Source of the DNA: an uncultured Candidatus Saccharibacteria bacterium
GTDB taxonomy: Bacteria > Patescibacteriota > Minisyncoccia > Phycocordibacterales > UBA9973
Length of the DNA: 60,336 bases
NCBI GenBank assembly: GCA_964446965.1
Contig: CAYUQD010000004.1
Coordinates: forward strand, 1-60,336
Direction of reading: 5' to 3'
Part shown: positions 17,300 through 26,628 of the stretch, one piece after another
Numbering within the stretch: position 1 is the first letter of the stretch
Layout of the letters: each line of letters begins with the position of its first letter
Program-made: the position numbers and the translations under genes
The notes under the pieces: generated by a model
Seen by the model: only the letters and a program-made list of their open reading frames with translations
Databases searched by the model: none
What the model was told of the DNA's origin: nothing

Positions 17300-19072
17300 A
17301 TGAGTAACAAGAAACAAAAACTAGAACTTACATGGATCGGCAAGGATGCGGAGCTCAATCTCGAACCGCGGATTTTGATTGAGGACCCGACTAAGTCCTA
17401 CGGCGACAAATCGACAGAGAACTTACTGATTCATGGAGATAATTTACTTGCGCTCAAAGCACTTGAGCAGGACTTTGCAGGAAAAATAAAGTGCATATAC
17501 ATCGATCCGCCTTACAATACAGGTAGTGCTTTTGAGCACTATGATGATAATCTTGAACATTCCACTTGGCTTAGTTTAATGCGACCACGCCTAGAGTTAC
17601 TAAAAAAACTTTTGAGAAAGGATGGAGCTATTTTTATACAAATTGATGATGAAGAACAAGCGTACTTAAGAGTCATGATGGATGAAATCTTTGGGAGAAA
17701 TAATTTCATCAATACTGTATCCGTTAATATGAAGAATATTGCGGGAGCATCGGGTGGCGGTGAAGATAAGAAGCTAAAAAAGAATATCGAATATATCCAT
17801 TTATATGCAAAAGACTATACGGAATTTCCATCATTTGAAAATGTTTATGACTATATCCCTGTTGCTGAATTAGTTCAGGCCTACAGAGACGAAGATAAAA
17901 GTTGGAAGTACACAAGTGTTCTTGTCTATGATGGCGATGAAGAATATGTCGGATCAACAGTTGATGGTGACGGAAATGAAATAAAAATATTTAGTCGAAA
18001 AAATCCAATAATTAAATCTGTAAATCAAATAATAAAGGAAGAAAAACTATCCGAAAAAGAGGTGTACAACAAATATGCTAAAAAGATTTTCCAGACAGCA
18101 ATGCCACAGAGTTCTATTCGACCTCGGGTGATGGAAAAAGTTGCAGAGCTAGGTATTCATGAAGAATTTTACTCAATAAAATATGTTCCTAAGACAGGAA
18201 GAAATAAGGGTCAGGAATATCAGCAGTTCTATAAAGGAGACCAATTCAGACTTTTGGCATGGCTGGGCGATGTTTCAGAAGAGCGCGATGGAGAATTATA
18301 TAAAAAGGAAATGCAAGGTACCTATTGGAATTTTGCAGGTGAGACAAAAAATCTAACAAAAGAAGGAAATGTTTCTTTTCCCAACGGTAAGAAACCAGAG
18401 GCGTTGATTTCTAGAATTCTTGAAATGACAACTGATGTTGGCGACATTATCTTAGACTCTTTCCTTGGTTCAGGAACAACTGCGGCTACTGCTCACAAAA
18501 TGGGAAGAAAATATATTGGTATAGAAATGGGTGATCAGGCGGACACCCATTGCAGGAATCGCTTGGTTGCGGTTGTTGATGGTACGGATCAAAATGGTAT
18601 TAGTAAAAAGGTTGATTGGCACGGCGGCGGCGGTTTTAAGTTCTACGATCTTGCTCCATCTCTTTTGCGAAAAGATATTTTTGGCAACTTTGTAATTGAT
18701 GAGGAATACAATCCGAATATGCTCGCAGCTGCTATGTGTAAACACGAGGGATTCAAGTTCCACCCCGATGAGGCTTTATATTGGAAGCAGGGTAAGTCAA
18801 CCGAGACAGATTTCATTTTTGTGACCACCGGCTTTGTTACAACAGAACAACTTGATAAGATTCATTCAGAAATGAAAGAGGGTGAAAGTCTGCTTATCTG
18901 TGCGAAGTCATTTGCACCGGAATGCGAGAATCGATTCGTGAATATCACTATCAAGAAAATTCCACAGATTATCTTGGGTAAATGCGAATTCGGTAAGCAC
19001 AACTACGATCTTAATATCATTCGTGCAACCGAAGCGGCTGCCGAGAGTGAGGAAACAAAAGACTATGAATAG
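17300..19072 (+). CDS. mod: Type III restriction-modification methyltransferase (Mod)
   Basis: Motif IV IYIDPPYNTG precedes motif I DSFLGSGTTA (beta-class order). The stop overlaps the res start. Confidence 0.9.
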   Translation: MSNKKQKLELTWIGKDAELNLEPRILIEDPTKSYGDKSTENLLIHGDNLLALKALEQDFAGKIKCIYIDPPYNTGSAFEHYDDNLEHSTWLSLMRPRLELLKKLLRKDGAIFIQIDDEEQAYLRVMMDEIFGRNNFINTVSVNMKNIAGASGGGEDKKLKKNIEYIHLYAKDYTEFPSFENVYDYIPVAELVQAYRDEDKSWKYTSVLVYDGDEEYVGSTVDGDGNEIKIFSRKNPIIKSVNQIIKEEKLSEKEVYNKYAKKIFQTAMPQSSIRPRVMEKVAELGIHEEFYSIKYVPKTGRNKGQEYQQFYKGDQFRLLAWLGDVSEERDGELYKKEMQGTYWNFAGETKNLTKEGNVSFPNGKKPEALISRILEMTTDVGDIILDSFLGSGTTAATAHKMGRKYIGIEMGDQADTHCRNRLVAVVDGTDQNGISKKVDWHGGGGFKFYDLAPSLLRKDIFGNFVIDEEYNPNMLAAAMCKHEGFKFHPDEALYWKQGKSTETDFIFVTTGFVTTEQLDKIHSEMKEGESLLICAKSFAPECENRFVNITIKKIPQIILGKCEFGKHNYDLNIIRATEAAAESEETKDYE

Positions 19073-21716
19073 ATACTCGCAAAACATCAAAAATAGATTG
19101 AGTCTTCGCAAACCGCAATCCGAGAGCTTGGATATTTTGGAGCGTATTACTGATACGATTGAGCTCAAGAAAAACGCGCCGGCCGCCGAGGCGCTTACTG
19201 CAGTCCGGGAACTGTATCCGACATGTAGTGATTTTGAACGAGATTTTCCATCGGTGTGTTTTTCACTTGCTACAGGTGTTGGTAAGACCCGCTTGATGGG
19301 TGCATTTATTGCATATCTTTATGTCGCAAAGGGTATTAAGAATTTCTTTATTCTTGCTCCAAACCTGACGATTTACAATAAACTCATTGATGATCTTTCT
19401 AATACACAAAGCCCGAAGTATGTTTTTCGCGGCATCAGTGAATTTGCAATACAAACGCCCCGAATTATCACTGGCGATAATTATGCTCAGGCACGGACTG
19501 AATCACTTTTTGGTGAGTCGGTGAAAATTAACATTTTCAATATCTCAAAAATCAACTCCGAGGTGCGCGGCGGGAAAGAACCCAAAATCAAACGCCTCTC
19601 AGAATACCTTGGTGAATCCTATTTCAATTACTTGTCTGAATTGCCGGACCTTGTGCTTTTGATGGACGAATCTCATCACTACCGTGCCGATGCTGGACTC
19701 AAGGCGATCAATGAGCTCCGTCCAGTCCTTGGTCTTGAGCTCACGGCTACACCTATCGATACGAAAAGTAATAAATTCAAGAATGTGGTGTATGACTATC
19801 CGCTTGCACTTGCACTCAAGGATGGCTTTGTAAAAGAGCCAGCTGTTGCAACTCGACGGGATTTTAATCCTGAGCAGTACAAGAATGATCCACGGGAATT
19901 GGACCTTATCAAACTCGAGGACGGTGTACGTCTGCACGAAGACACCAAGGTTGCTTTGGATATTTATTCGCGTGATACCGGCAATCGTTTGGTCCGACCG
20001 TTCGTGCTTGTCGTTGCTCGCGATACTGATCATGCGAAAGAAATTCGAGAAATGATTGAATCCGATCGGTTCTTCGAGGGACGCTACAAAGGCAAAGTAA
20101 TGGAAGTTCATTCCAATCAGCGCGGTGAAGAAAAAGAGGAAAACGTTGAACGGCTCTTGGGATTGGAAAAGCCCGAGAATACCATTGAAATTGTCGTACA
20201 CGTGAACATGCTCAAGGAGGGGTGGGATGTTACAAACTTGTACACCATCATTCCGCTCCGCGCGGCAAACTCACAAATCCTTACTGAACAAACCATCGGG
20301 CGAGGACTTCGTTTGCCGTATGGCATACGGACCGGCGTGGACAAGGTAGACAAGCTCACGATCATCGCGCACGACCGATTCCAGTCGATCGTGGATGCTG
20401 CAAATGACCCGACTTCCATCATTAGACAGGAGAATATTATTGAAATCGATCCAAACGCTATACCCGAGGGGCAGGAGGTTATCACTTCATCAAATGCAAC
20501 GGAGGAAGCATTGATCCAAAAGAGGGAAGAGGTTGCTCAGATTATAAACGTGGAAGATCGGCAGAAAGCGGGTCTTATGCTCGATGCTGAGGCATTGATT
20601 GCTGAGACCGTGAATACGCTTGGCTCATCAATCAAAAATATCAATGATCTCGGCAGTGTTGAAATCAAACAGCTGGCGATCGAGAAAATGATCGAGCGTA
20701 TCGAAAGTAGTCCGCAACAGAGTTTGTTCAAGGATGAAATTATTGCAATTGCCAAGCAGGAGTATGAAGCAGTGGTGGCGGAAATAATCGACAAGACGAT
20801 TCCGATTCCGCGCGTGCTCATTCAGCAGAAGCATGACATCAAGTCTGGATTCAAAGATTTTGACTTGGACCTTGATGGTTTGAACTATCAGCCGGTGTCT
20901 GAGGAGATTATTCGCCGCACGCTCCGTACCAACGAAAATGAAGTTCTTCAAAGCGAGTCTTCAGGCGTGACACTTGATACTCCGGATAACATCGTTATCA
21001 ATGAGCTCATCAACTACCCCGAAGTTGATTATGATCGAGATGCGGAACTTTTGTACAAGCTCGTGCGCCAGGCAACGGCAAAACTCGGAAAGGGACGCGA
21101 TGAGGACGATCTGCACAATATTGTTTTCTATAACAAGCGTGAGATCGGAAAATATATCTATGCTCAATTGCAGCATCATTTCTTCTTGGAGAGTTCAGGC
21201 TTTGAAGAGCCGGTAGTCTATCCATTTGACCGCATCAAGCCTCATAATTTCTCGAAGTACACGGCCGATAGTATTCACCACTACACTGAGACAATCACCC
21301 CGACCAATACAATCCCGTCGAAGGTATTCGGTGGATTCAAAAAGTCATGCCACAACCTCTATAAGTTTGACTCGAAAACAGAAAAGGATTTTGCCACTAT
21401 CCTTGAAAACGATGGAGCGGTTTTGAAATGGTTGCGCCCGGCTGATTCTCAATTCGAGCTTTACTGGAAGCACAATTCAAGACGGTACAGTCCTGACTTC
21501 GTAGTAGAGACAGGTGATACGATTTACCTTATTGAAATCAAGGCTGAGAAAGACATCGATGATACCGAGGTTCAGGAGAAAGCAGAATCAGGTAAGAAAT
21601 ATTGTGAAGTGGTGAGTCACTTCAGTCTCATAAACGGTAGTAAGAAATGGGCCTATGTTTTGATTCCGCATAATGCTGTTTCATTGAATATGAGTTTGAG
21701 TGGATTGATACGCTAA
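19065..21716 (+). CDS. res: Type III restriction enzyme Res subunit (helicase + PD-(D/E)XK nuclease)
   Basis: LATGVGKT, LLMDESHHY, NMLKEGWDV, TIGRGLRL. C-terminal nuclease motif YSPDFVV...IYLIEIKAEKD. ATG 19065 overlaps the mod stop by 8 nt. Confidence 0.9.
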   Translation: MNRYSQNIKNRLSLRKPQSESLDILERITDTIELKKNAPAAEALTAVRELYPTCSDFERDFPSVCFSLATGVGKTRLMGAFIAYLYVAKGIKNFFILAPNLTIYNKLIDDLSNTQSPKYVFRGISEFAIQTPRIITGDNYAQARTESLFGESVKINIFNISKINSEVRGGKEPKIKRLSEYLGESYFNYLSELPDLVLLMDESHHYRADAGLKAINELRPVLGLELTATPIDTKSNKFKNVVYDYPLALALKDGFVKEPAVATRRDFNPEQYKNDPRELDLIKLEDGVRLHEDTKVALDIYSRDTGNRLVRPFVLVVARDTDHAKEIREMIESDRFFEGRYKGKVMEVHSNQRGEEKEENVERLLGLEKPENTIEIVVHVNMLKEGWDVTNLYTIIPLRAANSQILTEQTIGRGLRLPYGIRTGVDKVDKLTIIAHDRFQSIVDAANDPTSIIRQENIIEIDPNAIPEGQEVITSSNATEEALIQKREEVAQIINVEDRQKAGLMLDAEALIAETVNTLGSSIKNINDLGSVEIKQLAIEKMIERIESSPQQSLFKDEIIAIAKQEYEAVVAEIIDKTIPIPRVLIQQKHDIKSGFKDFDLDLDGLNYQPVSEEIIRRTLRTNENEVLQSESSGVTLDTPDNIVINELINYPEVDYDRDAELLYKLVRQATAKLGKGRDEDDLHNIVFYNKREIGKYIYAQLQHHFFLESSGFEEPVVYPFDRIKPHNFSKYTADSIHHYTETITPTNTIPSKVFGGFKKSCHNLYKFDSKTEKDFATILENDGAVLKWLRPADSQFELYWKHNSRRYSPDFVVETGDTIYLIEIKAEKDIDDTEVQEKAESGKKYCEVVSHFSLINGSKKWAYVLIPHNAVSLNMSLSGLIR

Positions 21717-21740
21717 CTTGCCGGTCGCCGAAGAATTAAA

Positions 21741-23252
21741 ATGACAATGAATATGAAATTATCGAAAACAGACTTTTTAATATGTCTCGACTGTGCAAAG
21801 AATGCATGGCTCAAGATACATAAGCCCGATATTTATAAAAAATATCCGTTGTCTTCTTTTGAATTGAACATTATCAATACAGGCAATCAAATTGACGAAC
21901 TCGCACGGGGCTTATTTCCGGATGGAGTGACTGTCGAATCACGCGACGATACGGAATTCACTAATAAATTTCTTTCAAATAAGACACCAGTAATTTATCA
22001 ACCAGTTTTTACTACAGATAAATTCATTACCGCCTCGGATATTTTTGTATGGAATGTAGGCACAGGTGTGTACGATCTCTATGAAGTAAAATCATCTACT
22101 GCCTCTGATGAGGGAGGGGGACGCAAAACTGAAGAATACTTGGTAGATATGGCATTTCAGAAAGTCATACTCAATGACTTGGGTATTCAAATCGGGACCA
22201 CGAGTCTCATTCGTCTAAATAAAGAATACGTGCGAATGGGAGATATTAATCTACAGGAACTTTTCTTTATCGAAAACCTCACTGACCAAGTGAATGAAAA
22301 ACTTGAAGAGATAAAGCAAAAGATGGAAGGGGTTTACGAATATTTTGTGAAAGAAGCTGAACCTGTCGGACACTGTGATTGTATTATGAAAGGTTGGAAT
22401 TCTCACTGCACGACTTCAGGCCACTCTAATTCTGATCTTCCAGAATATCCTGTTCATGCTATATCTCGTATTCATAAGAAAAAACTGGCAGAGTTGGTTG
22501 ATAGTAATATTTTCAGCATTCACGATGTGCCGGACGACTTTGAATTATCTGATAATCAGCGCAGGCAAGTAGATACGGCGCAGTCGGGCAAGGAATATAT
22601 TGATAAAGATGGTATATCAGATTTTTTGCAGACTATGCAGTACCCACTCGCTTTTCTCGATTATGAAACATACCCATCTGCAATTCCCAAGTACAACGGC
22701 TACAGGCCGTATCAGCAAATTCCGTTTCAGTTTTCACTTCATGTGATTGAAGCGCCGAACGGTGAGTCCGTCCATTATGATTTTATTTACACTGATCAAG
22801 TTTGTCCGGACGAACATTTTGCCGAAGCATTAAAAAAGCATTTACCAAAAACAGGTAGTGTTGTTGTCTGGAATCAGAAATTTGAAAAAGGCATCAACGA
22901 ACAGCTAGGGGAACACTTGCCAGGGTATAAGGATTTTATGGAGGAAGTTAATGTCCGTGTCGTTGATTTAATGATTCCATTCTATGGTAAAACAACGATG
23001 TACGATCATCCTGAATTTAAGGGTAGTGCATCGATCAAGTATGTTTTACCCGCTCTTGTCCCGACTTTGTCCTACAAAAAAATGCATATTCAAGAGGGTG
23101 GAACTGCATCAGATACATGGAACCGTATCGTGTCCGGTGAGTATTCAGAAGAAGATAAAAATATGAAGATACAGGCACTCAAGGATTATTGTCATCTTGA
23201 TACTTTGGCGATGGTTGAAATTTGGCGAGTTTTGAACAGCTCATCATCCTAG
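21741..23252 (+). CDS. DUF2779-family protein (N-terminal Cas4/RecB-like nuclease fold, C-terminal exonuclease-like fold)
   Basis: LSKTDFL..LDC.KNAWL, YDLYEVKSST, and FLDYETYPSAIPKYNGYRPYQQIPFQFSLHV match the DUF2779 pattern. Confidence 0.7.
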   Translation: MTMNMKLSKTDFLICLDCAKNAWLKIHKPDIYKKYPLSSFELNIINTGNQIDELARGLFPDGVTVESRDDTEFTNKFLSNKTPVIYQPVFTTDKFITASDIFVWNVGTGVYDLYEVKSSTASDEGGGRKTEEYLVDMAFQKVILNDLGIQIGTTSLIRLNKEYVRMGDINLQELFFIENLTDQVNEKLEEIKQKMEGVYEYFVKEAEPVGHCDCIMKGWNSHCTTSGHSNSDLPEYPVHAISRIHKKKLAELVDSNIFSIHDVPDDFELSDNQRRQVDTAQSGKEYIDKDGISDFLQTMQYPLAFLDYETYPSAIPKYNGYRPYQQIPFQFSLHVIEAPNGESVHYDFIYTDQVCPDEHFAEALKKHLPKTGSVVVWNQKFEKGINEQLGEHLPGYKDFMEEVNVRVVDLMIPFYGKTTMYDHPEFKGSASIKYVLPALVPTLSYKKMHIQEGGTASDTWNRIVSGEYSEEDKNMKIQALKDYCHLDTLAMVEIWRVLNSSSS

Positions 23253-23257
23253 GTTGG

Positions 23258-23572
23258 TTATATTTTGAAATCCCTTATTTCTTTTTCCGCTTTCTCAATT
23301 TCTTTCAGTACCCGCAGATAGAGCGCTTTAGTCTTTTTGCTTTCAGGGTTCCGCTCCATGAATGCCACATCATCATCGTCGATAAATGTGGCGAGGGATG
23401 TGTATGCGTCCGCGAGGTGTCGGATGCGCTCTTTGATTCCGGCTCGTAGTTTTTCTTTGGAAGAAGGAAGAGACGACAGTGCGTTCATCGGTCTGTGTCT
23501 GTTGTGAGGGATATGCGTGTGTGCGGCGGTTTTGAGGACCGCGTCGATGTCATCTTCCACGGCATCGAACAC
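23258..23572 (-). CDS. Hypothetical protein
   Basis: 104-aa ORF convergent with the DUF2779 gene. Shares an upstream gaagtctag element with the next small gene. Confidence 0.4.
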   Translation of the reverse strand: MFDAVEDDIDAVLKTAAHTHIPHNRHRPMNALSSLPSSKEKLRAGIKERIRHLADAYTSLATFIDDDDVAFMERNPESKKTKALYLRVLKEIEKAEKEIRDFKI

Positions 23573-23725
23573 AGTACCAAGACAACGGGCGAAGTCTAGG
23601 GATACTGTGAATTTTTAGTAAAAGCAGGCATAATTCACGGCAAAACTGCTTTTTCGCGTGAATTTGCGAACGCGGCGTTGAAAGCTCCCGAAGGCTATTA
23701 CTTCCCGAACAGTCCGAGAAGATCG

Positions 23726-23758
23726 CACACAGGGGCGAACACGCGCGAATTACGCCAA
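23726..23758. repeat. Copy A of a ~33-nt direct repeat (partner at 28099-28131)
   Basis: cacacaggggcgaacacgcgcgaattacgccaa versus cacacggggcaaaatacgcgcgaattatgccaa. Confidence 0.7.
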
Positions 23759-23769
23759 GACGGTGGAGC

Positions 23770-23976
23770 TTATTGCTTGAGGAAGTCGAGCTCGTTATTT
23801 TCTATGACCTTGGTCAGCTTTTGGTAGGCAACCGTCATTATTCGCATTCGTGCTTTTACATCGGCAATGATTTCTTTCTTCGTTTCGCCCTTTATGGCAT
23901 AGGACCCAAGAACGCGCCTCATGAACAGCCACTCGAACTCATCCTTTGCTTTGGTAACATCGATGTCTTTTTTCAT
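23770..23976 (-). CDS. Hypothetical small protein
   Basis: 68-aa ORF. Its upstream element gaagtctagtgatcattgaaaa is paralogous to the one upstream of the 104-aa ORF. Confidence 0.4.
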   Translation of the reverse strand: MKKDIDVTKAKDEFEWLFMRRVLGSYAIKGETKKEIIADVKARMRIMTVAYQKLTKVIENNELDFLKQ

Positions 23977-24048
23977 ACGAACCGCACACTACCGAGAAGG
24001 TCCGATGAAGTCTAGTGATCATTGAAAAACTCTTCTCAAAAATATAAA

Positions 24049-25352
24049 TTTGCGAATGGGTACCGACCGTGGTTGTTGTGCGTGCGCCTCGGCACATAAC
24101 ACATCATGAAAAACACACTATCGTACGCCGATTACCAAAAGAAAATGAAAGAGCTCAAGACTCCGGAGGATATCGCCGCATTCGCGCAGGAGCTCATCGC
24201 TCCCATGCTCGGCAATATCCAGAATGTGTCGGCACTAGAAGCGGTTGAGGAAGAAATCGAGGAACCGTTCGTTCCCGAACAGCCGAAAGCGGTTGCACCC
24301 GTTAAAAAGTACAACCGCAGGAATCCGTATCAGTTGGAAGTTGTCAGTCCGTGGCACGATGTCGCGGGAAACGACACCGAGGCTATGGTCATTGATCTTT
24401 ATGCAAAGGGTCTGACCACTCGAGACATTGTAAACCATCTCAAACGCAGTCATGGTATTGAAATGTCTCAACCGAACGTATCCACGATCACCGACAAAGT
24501 ATTTCCGTTGGTGAAAGAATGGCAGTCGCGTGCGCTCTCGTCATGCTATCCGATCATGTATCTCGATGGCATGCACTTCAAGGTTCGCGAGGCGGGGAAG
24601 ATCGCATCCAAGGTTGCGTACATCGCCCTTGGCATAAACAACTACGGACAAAAAGAGGTCCTTGGCATTTGGGTTTCAGAAACTGAAGGAGCGAAGTTCT
24701 GGATGCATGTCTTGAACGATCTGAAGAACCGCGGCGTGGATGACATTCTCATTGCATGCGTTGATGGGCTGAAAGGATTTCCCGAAGCAATCAAAGCAAT
24801 GTATCCGCACACTGATGTTCAAGTCTGTGTCGTCCATCAGATCAGACACACGGTCATGTTCATCGCATCCAAAGACAAGGACAAGTTCTGCGACGAGCTA
24901 AAAACGATCTACACCGCGCCGTCCGAGGAAGCGGGATTGGATGCACTGAAGACAATGCAGGAAAATTGGCCGATGTATCAGGTGTACCTCAAAAGTTGGG
25001 AAACGCGTTGGGCGGACCTCGCGCCGTTCTTTAGCTACCCGCAAGCAGTCCGAAAGACGGTCTACACGACAAATGCGATCGAAAATCTGAACCGTCAGTT
25101 CCGAAAGGTTACCAAGACGACACAGATATTCCCGCACGACGATGCGCTCTTGAAACTCCTATGGCTCGCGCAAGCCGATATCACCCAGAACTGGCAGCTT
25201 GCTGTCCGCAACTGGGGAGAGGTGATGGCGCAGCTTAGTATTATGTTCCCGGACCGCGTTCAGTTTTAGCAGTTAAAATATCTCTGAAGAAATTATAATC
25301 AATTAATAAAGTCCGAGCGTTACGCACTTCGATTGGTCGGTACTCGGCAAAG
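24049..25352 (+). mobile_element. IS256-family insertion sequence (~1.3 kb)
   Basis: Imperfect terminal inverted repeats: tttgcgaatgggtaccgacc..gtgcgt..cctcggcac (left) against the reverse complement of gtccgagcgttacgcac..ggtcggtactcggcaaag (right). Single transposase ORF. No clear target-site duplication. Confidence 0.6.
24106..25269 (+). CDS. IS256-family (mutator-type) transposase
   Basis: YPIMYLDGMHFKVRE, ALGIN..G.KEVLGIW, ACVDGLKGFPEAI...P...VQVCVVHQIRH, YTTNAIENLNRQFRK. Confidence 0.9.
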   Translation: MKNTLSYADYQKKMKELKTPEDIAAFAQELIAPMLGNIQNVSALEAVEEEIEEPFVPEQPKAVAPVKKYNRRNPYQLEVVSPWHDVAGNDTEAMVIDLYAKGLTTRDIVNHLKRSHGIEMSQPNVSTITDKVFPLVKEWQSRALSSCYPIMYLDGMHFKVREAGKIASKVAYIALGINNYGQKEVLGIWVSETEGAKFWMHVLNDLKNRGVDDILIACVDGLKGFPEAIKAMYPHTDVQVCVVHQIRHTVMFIASKDKDKFCDELKTIYTAPSEEAGLDALKTMQENWPMYQVYLKSWETRWADLAPFFSYPQAVRKTVYTTNAIENLNRQFRKVTKTTQIFPHDDALLKLLWLAQADITQNWQLAVRNWGEVMAQLSIMFPDRVQF

Positions 25353-25426
25353 GTCGCGGCATGGTCCGTGGCCTTTTGCGTATAAAAGCAGGGGACCCGT
25401 GGTTTCCAAGGCTATATAGCTATATA

Positions 25427-25455
25427 TTGACTTTTAAGGTGAATAGTGCTATAAT
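25427..25455 (+). promoter_or_regulatory. Sigma70-like promoter upstream of the DGR target gene
   Basis: TTGACT, 17-nt spacer, TATAAT (25427-25432 and 25450-25455). Confidence 0.5.
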
Positions 25456-25534
25456 ATACCCAGAATACAGTACACCTCTCGCTGTCTTCAATATACCGAG
25501 TAGAGGCAACTTTCTTTCACAAAAAACAAATAAA

Positions 25535-26173
25535 ATGAGAACAAAAACTCTCGAGCAGAACACGGCGCAAGATTTCGCTGGACTGCAAATCGACCAGTTG
25601 AGCAAATTGCGCAACGGCAACATGACCTTTCAACAGGTGAAATGGTTTAACAACCTTTCGTTTGAGCAAAGGGAAGCACTGATGGGCAAGCAACCTGAAA
25701 AGGCACTTATCCTGAAATTGATTTCCGAAGCACACGAAATCATCATTGAAACCTGTGACGGTTCCCAAACTATTGCAACTGCCAAAGAAACCTTTAAATC
25801 AGGAATCGATGGTGACTTCAAAAACTGGGGTACCAACAAGGCCGGTGCATCAACTGAAAAAACATCAGTACAGGTTCACGAGATGGTAAAGGATGCCACG
25901 TTCGCACAAATGTTCGGCTCCCTCGGGACCGATCTGGACAAACTGTGTCTGACACAACACCAGATAAAAACATTTTGCGAGGTTCACAAAGAGTGGCTCC
26001 GCAAAGACGGATACGCAACATTCTTCCTGTTTAAGGTTGATGAGCAATTCTTCGTTGCCTACGTGCTCGTGTACTCTGGCGGCTTGCGCGTCAGCGTGTA
26101 CCGGTTCTGGAACGACCTCGTTTGGAATGCCGAGTACTCCCATCGTATGGTGGTTCCGCAACTGACCGCTTAG
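25535..26173 (+). CDS. DGR variable (target) protein, 212 aa, no obvious signal peptide, VR at the C-terminus
   Basis: ATG 25535 lies downstream of the promoter. The last ~43 codons carry the VR. The tracked 25361 start would span the promoter and the IS end. Confidence 0.7.
   Translation: MRTKTLEQNTAQDFAGLQIDQLSKLRNGNMTFQQVKWFNNLSFEQREALMGKQPEKALILKLISEAHEIIIETCDGSQTIATAKETFKSGIDGDFKNWGTNKAGASTEKTSVQVHEMVKDATFAQMFGSLGTDLDKLCLTQHQIKTFCEVHKEWLRKDGYATFFLFKVDEQFFVAYVLVYSGGLRVSVYRFWNDLVWNAEYSHRMVVPQLTA
26045..26165 (+). repeat. DGR variable repeat (VR)
   Basis: 121-nt match to 26486-26606. Differences fall on TR adenines, apart from one G/T site. Confidence 0.85.
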
Positions 26174-26202
26174 AACCTTGTTCTACTGACACTTATTTTC
26201 TT

Positions 26203-26247
26203 AATCCCTTTGATTCTTCCGAATTGAAGGGATTTTTTTATTTTTAT
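26203..26247 (+). terminator. Intrinsic terminator after the DGR target gene
   Basis: aatccctt-(16 nt)-aagggatt followed by tttttttattttt. Confidence 0.65.
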
Positions 26248-26485
26248 ATAATGTCCGGGCAGTGGTGCGGGTATGTCGCGGTTATGGCTGCGGGATCACG
26301 ATTGCTCAAAATCATCATCGAGAATTTTGCCGGCTACGGCTATCAAAAGAGTGAGGGTTGTTTTGGAACAAAAAACTTTTCAGTTGGTGTGATGCGCTTG
26401 CGGACTTCTAGGTCCCGAATAAAATACAGCACGATCCCTGATGGAAACATGCTTGGATCGGCAGTGGTAGAGATGGTGCATCACA

Positions 26486-26606
26486 CAATTCTTCGTTGCC
26501 AACGTGAACGTGAACTCTGACGGCTTGAACGTCAACGTGAACCGGTTCGAGAACGACAACGTTTGGAATGCCGAGTACTCCCATCGTATGGTGGTTCCGA
26601 AAATGA
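26486..26606 (+). repeat. DGR template repeat (TR)
   Basis: Non-coding copy with 8 in-register AAC codons: gcc AAC gtg AAC gtg AAC tct GAC ggc ttg AAC gtc AAC gtg AAC cgg ttc GAG AAC gac AAC. Confidence 0.85.
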
Positions 26607-26628
26607 GGGTTTTCTCCTCTCGGATTTA

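Noticed and set aside
18618-18632. Short GGC repeat (ggcggcggcggt) in mod as a phase-variation tract
   Set aside because: Only about 3-4 units. Too short to argue for slipped-strand switching.
24040-25362. Target-site duplication flanking the IS256 element
   Set aside because: The 8-9 nt on either side of my IR ends do not match. Either the ends are slightly off or the duplication has been lost.
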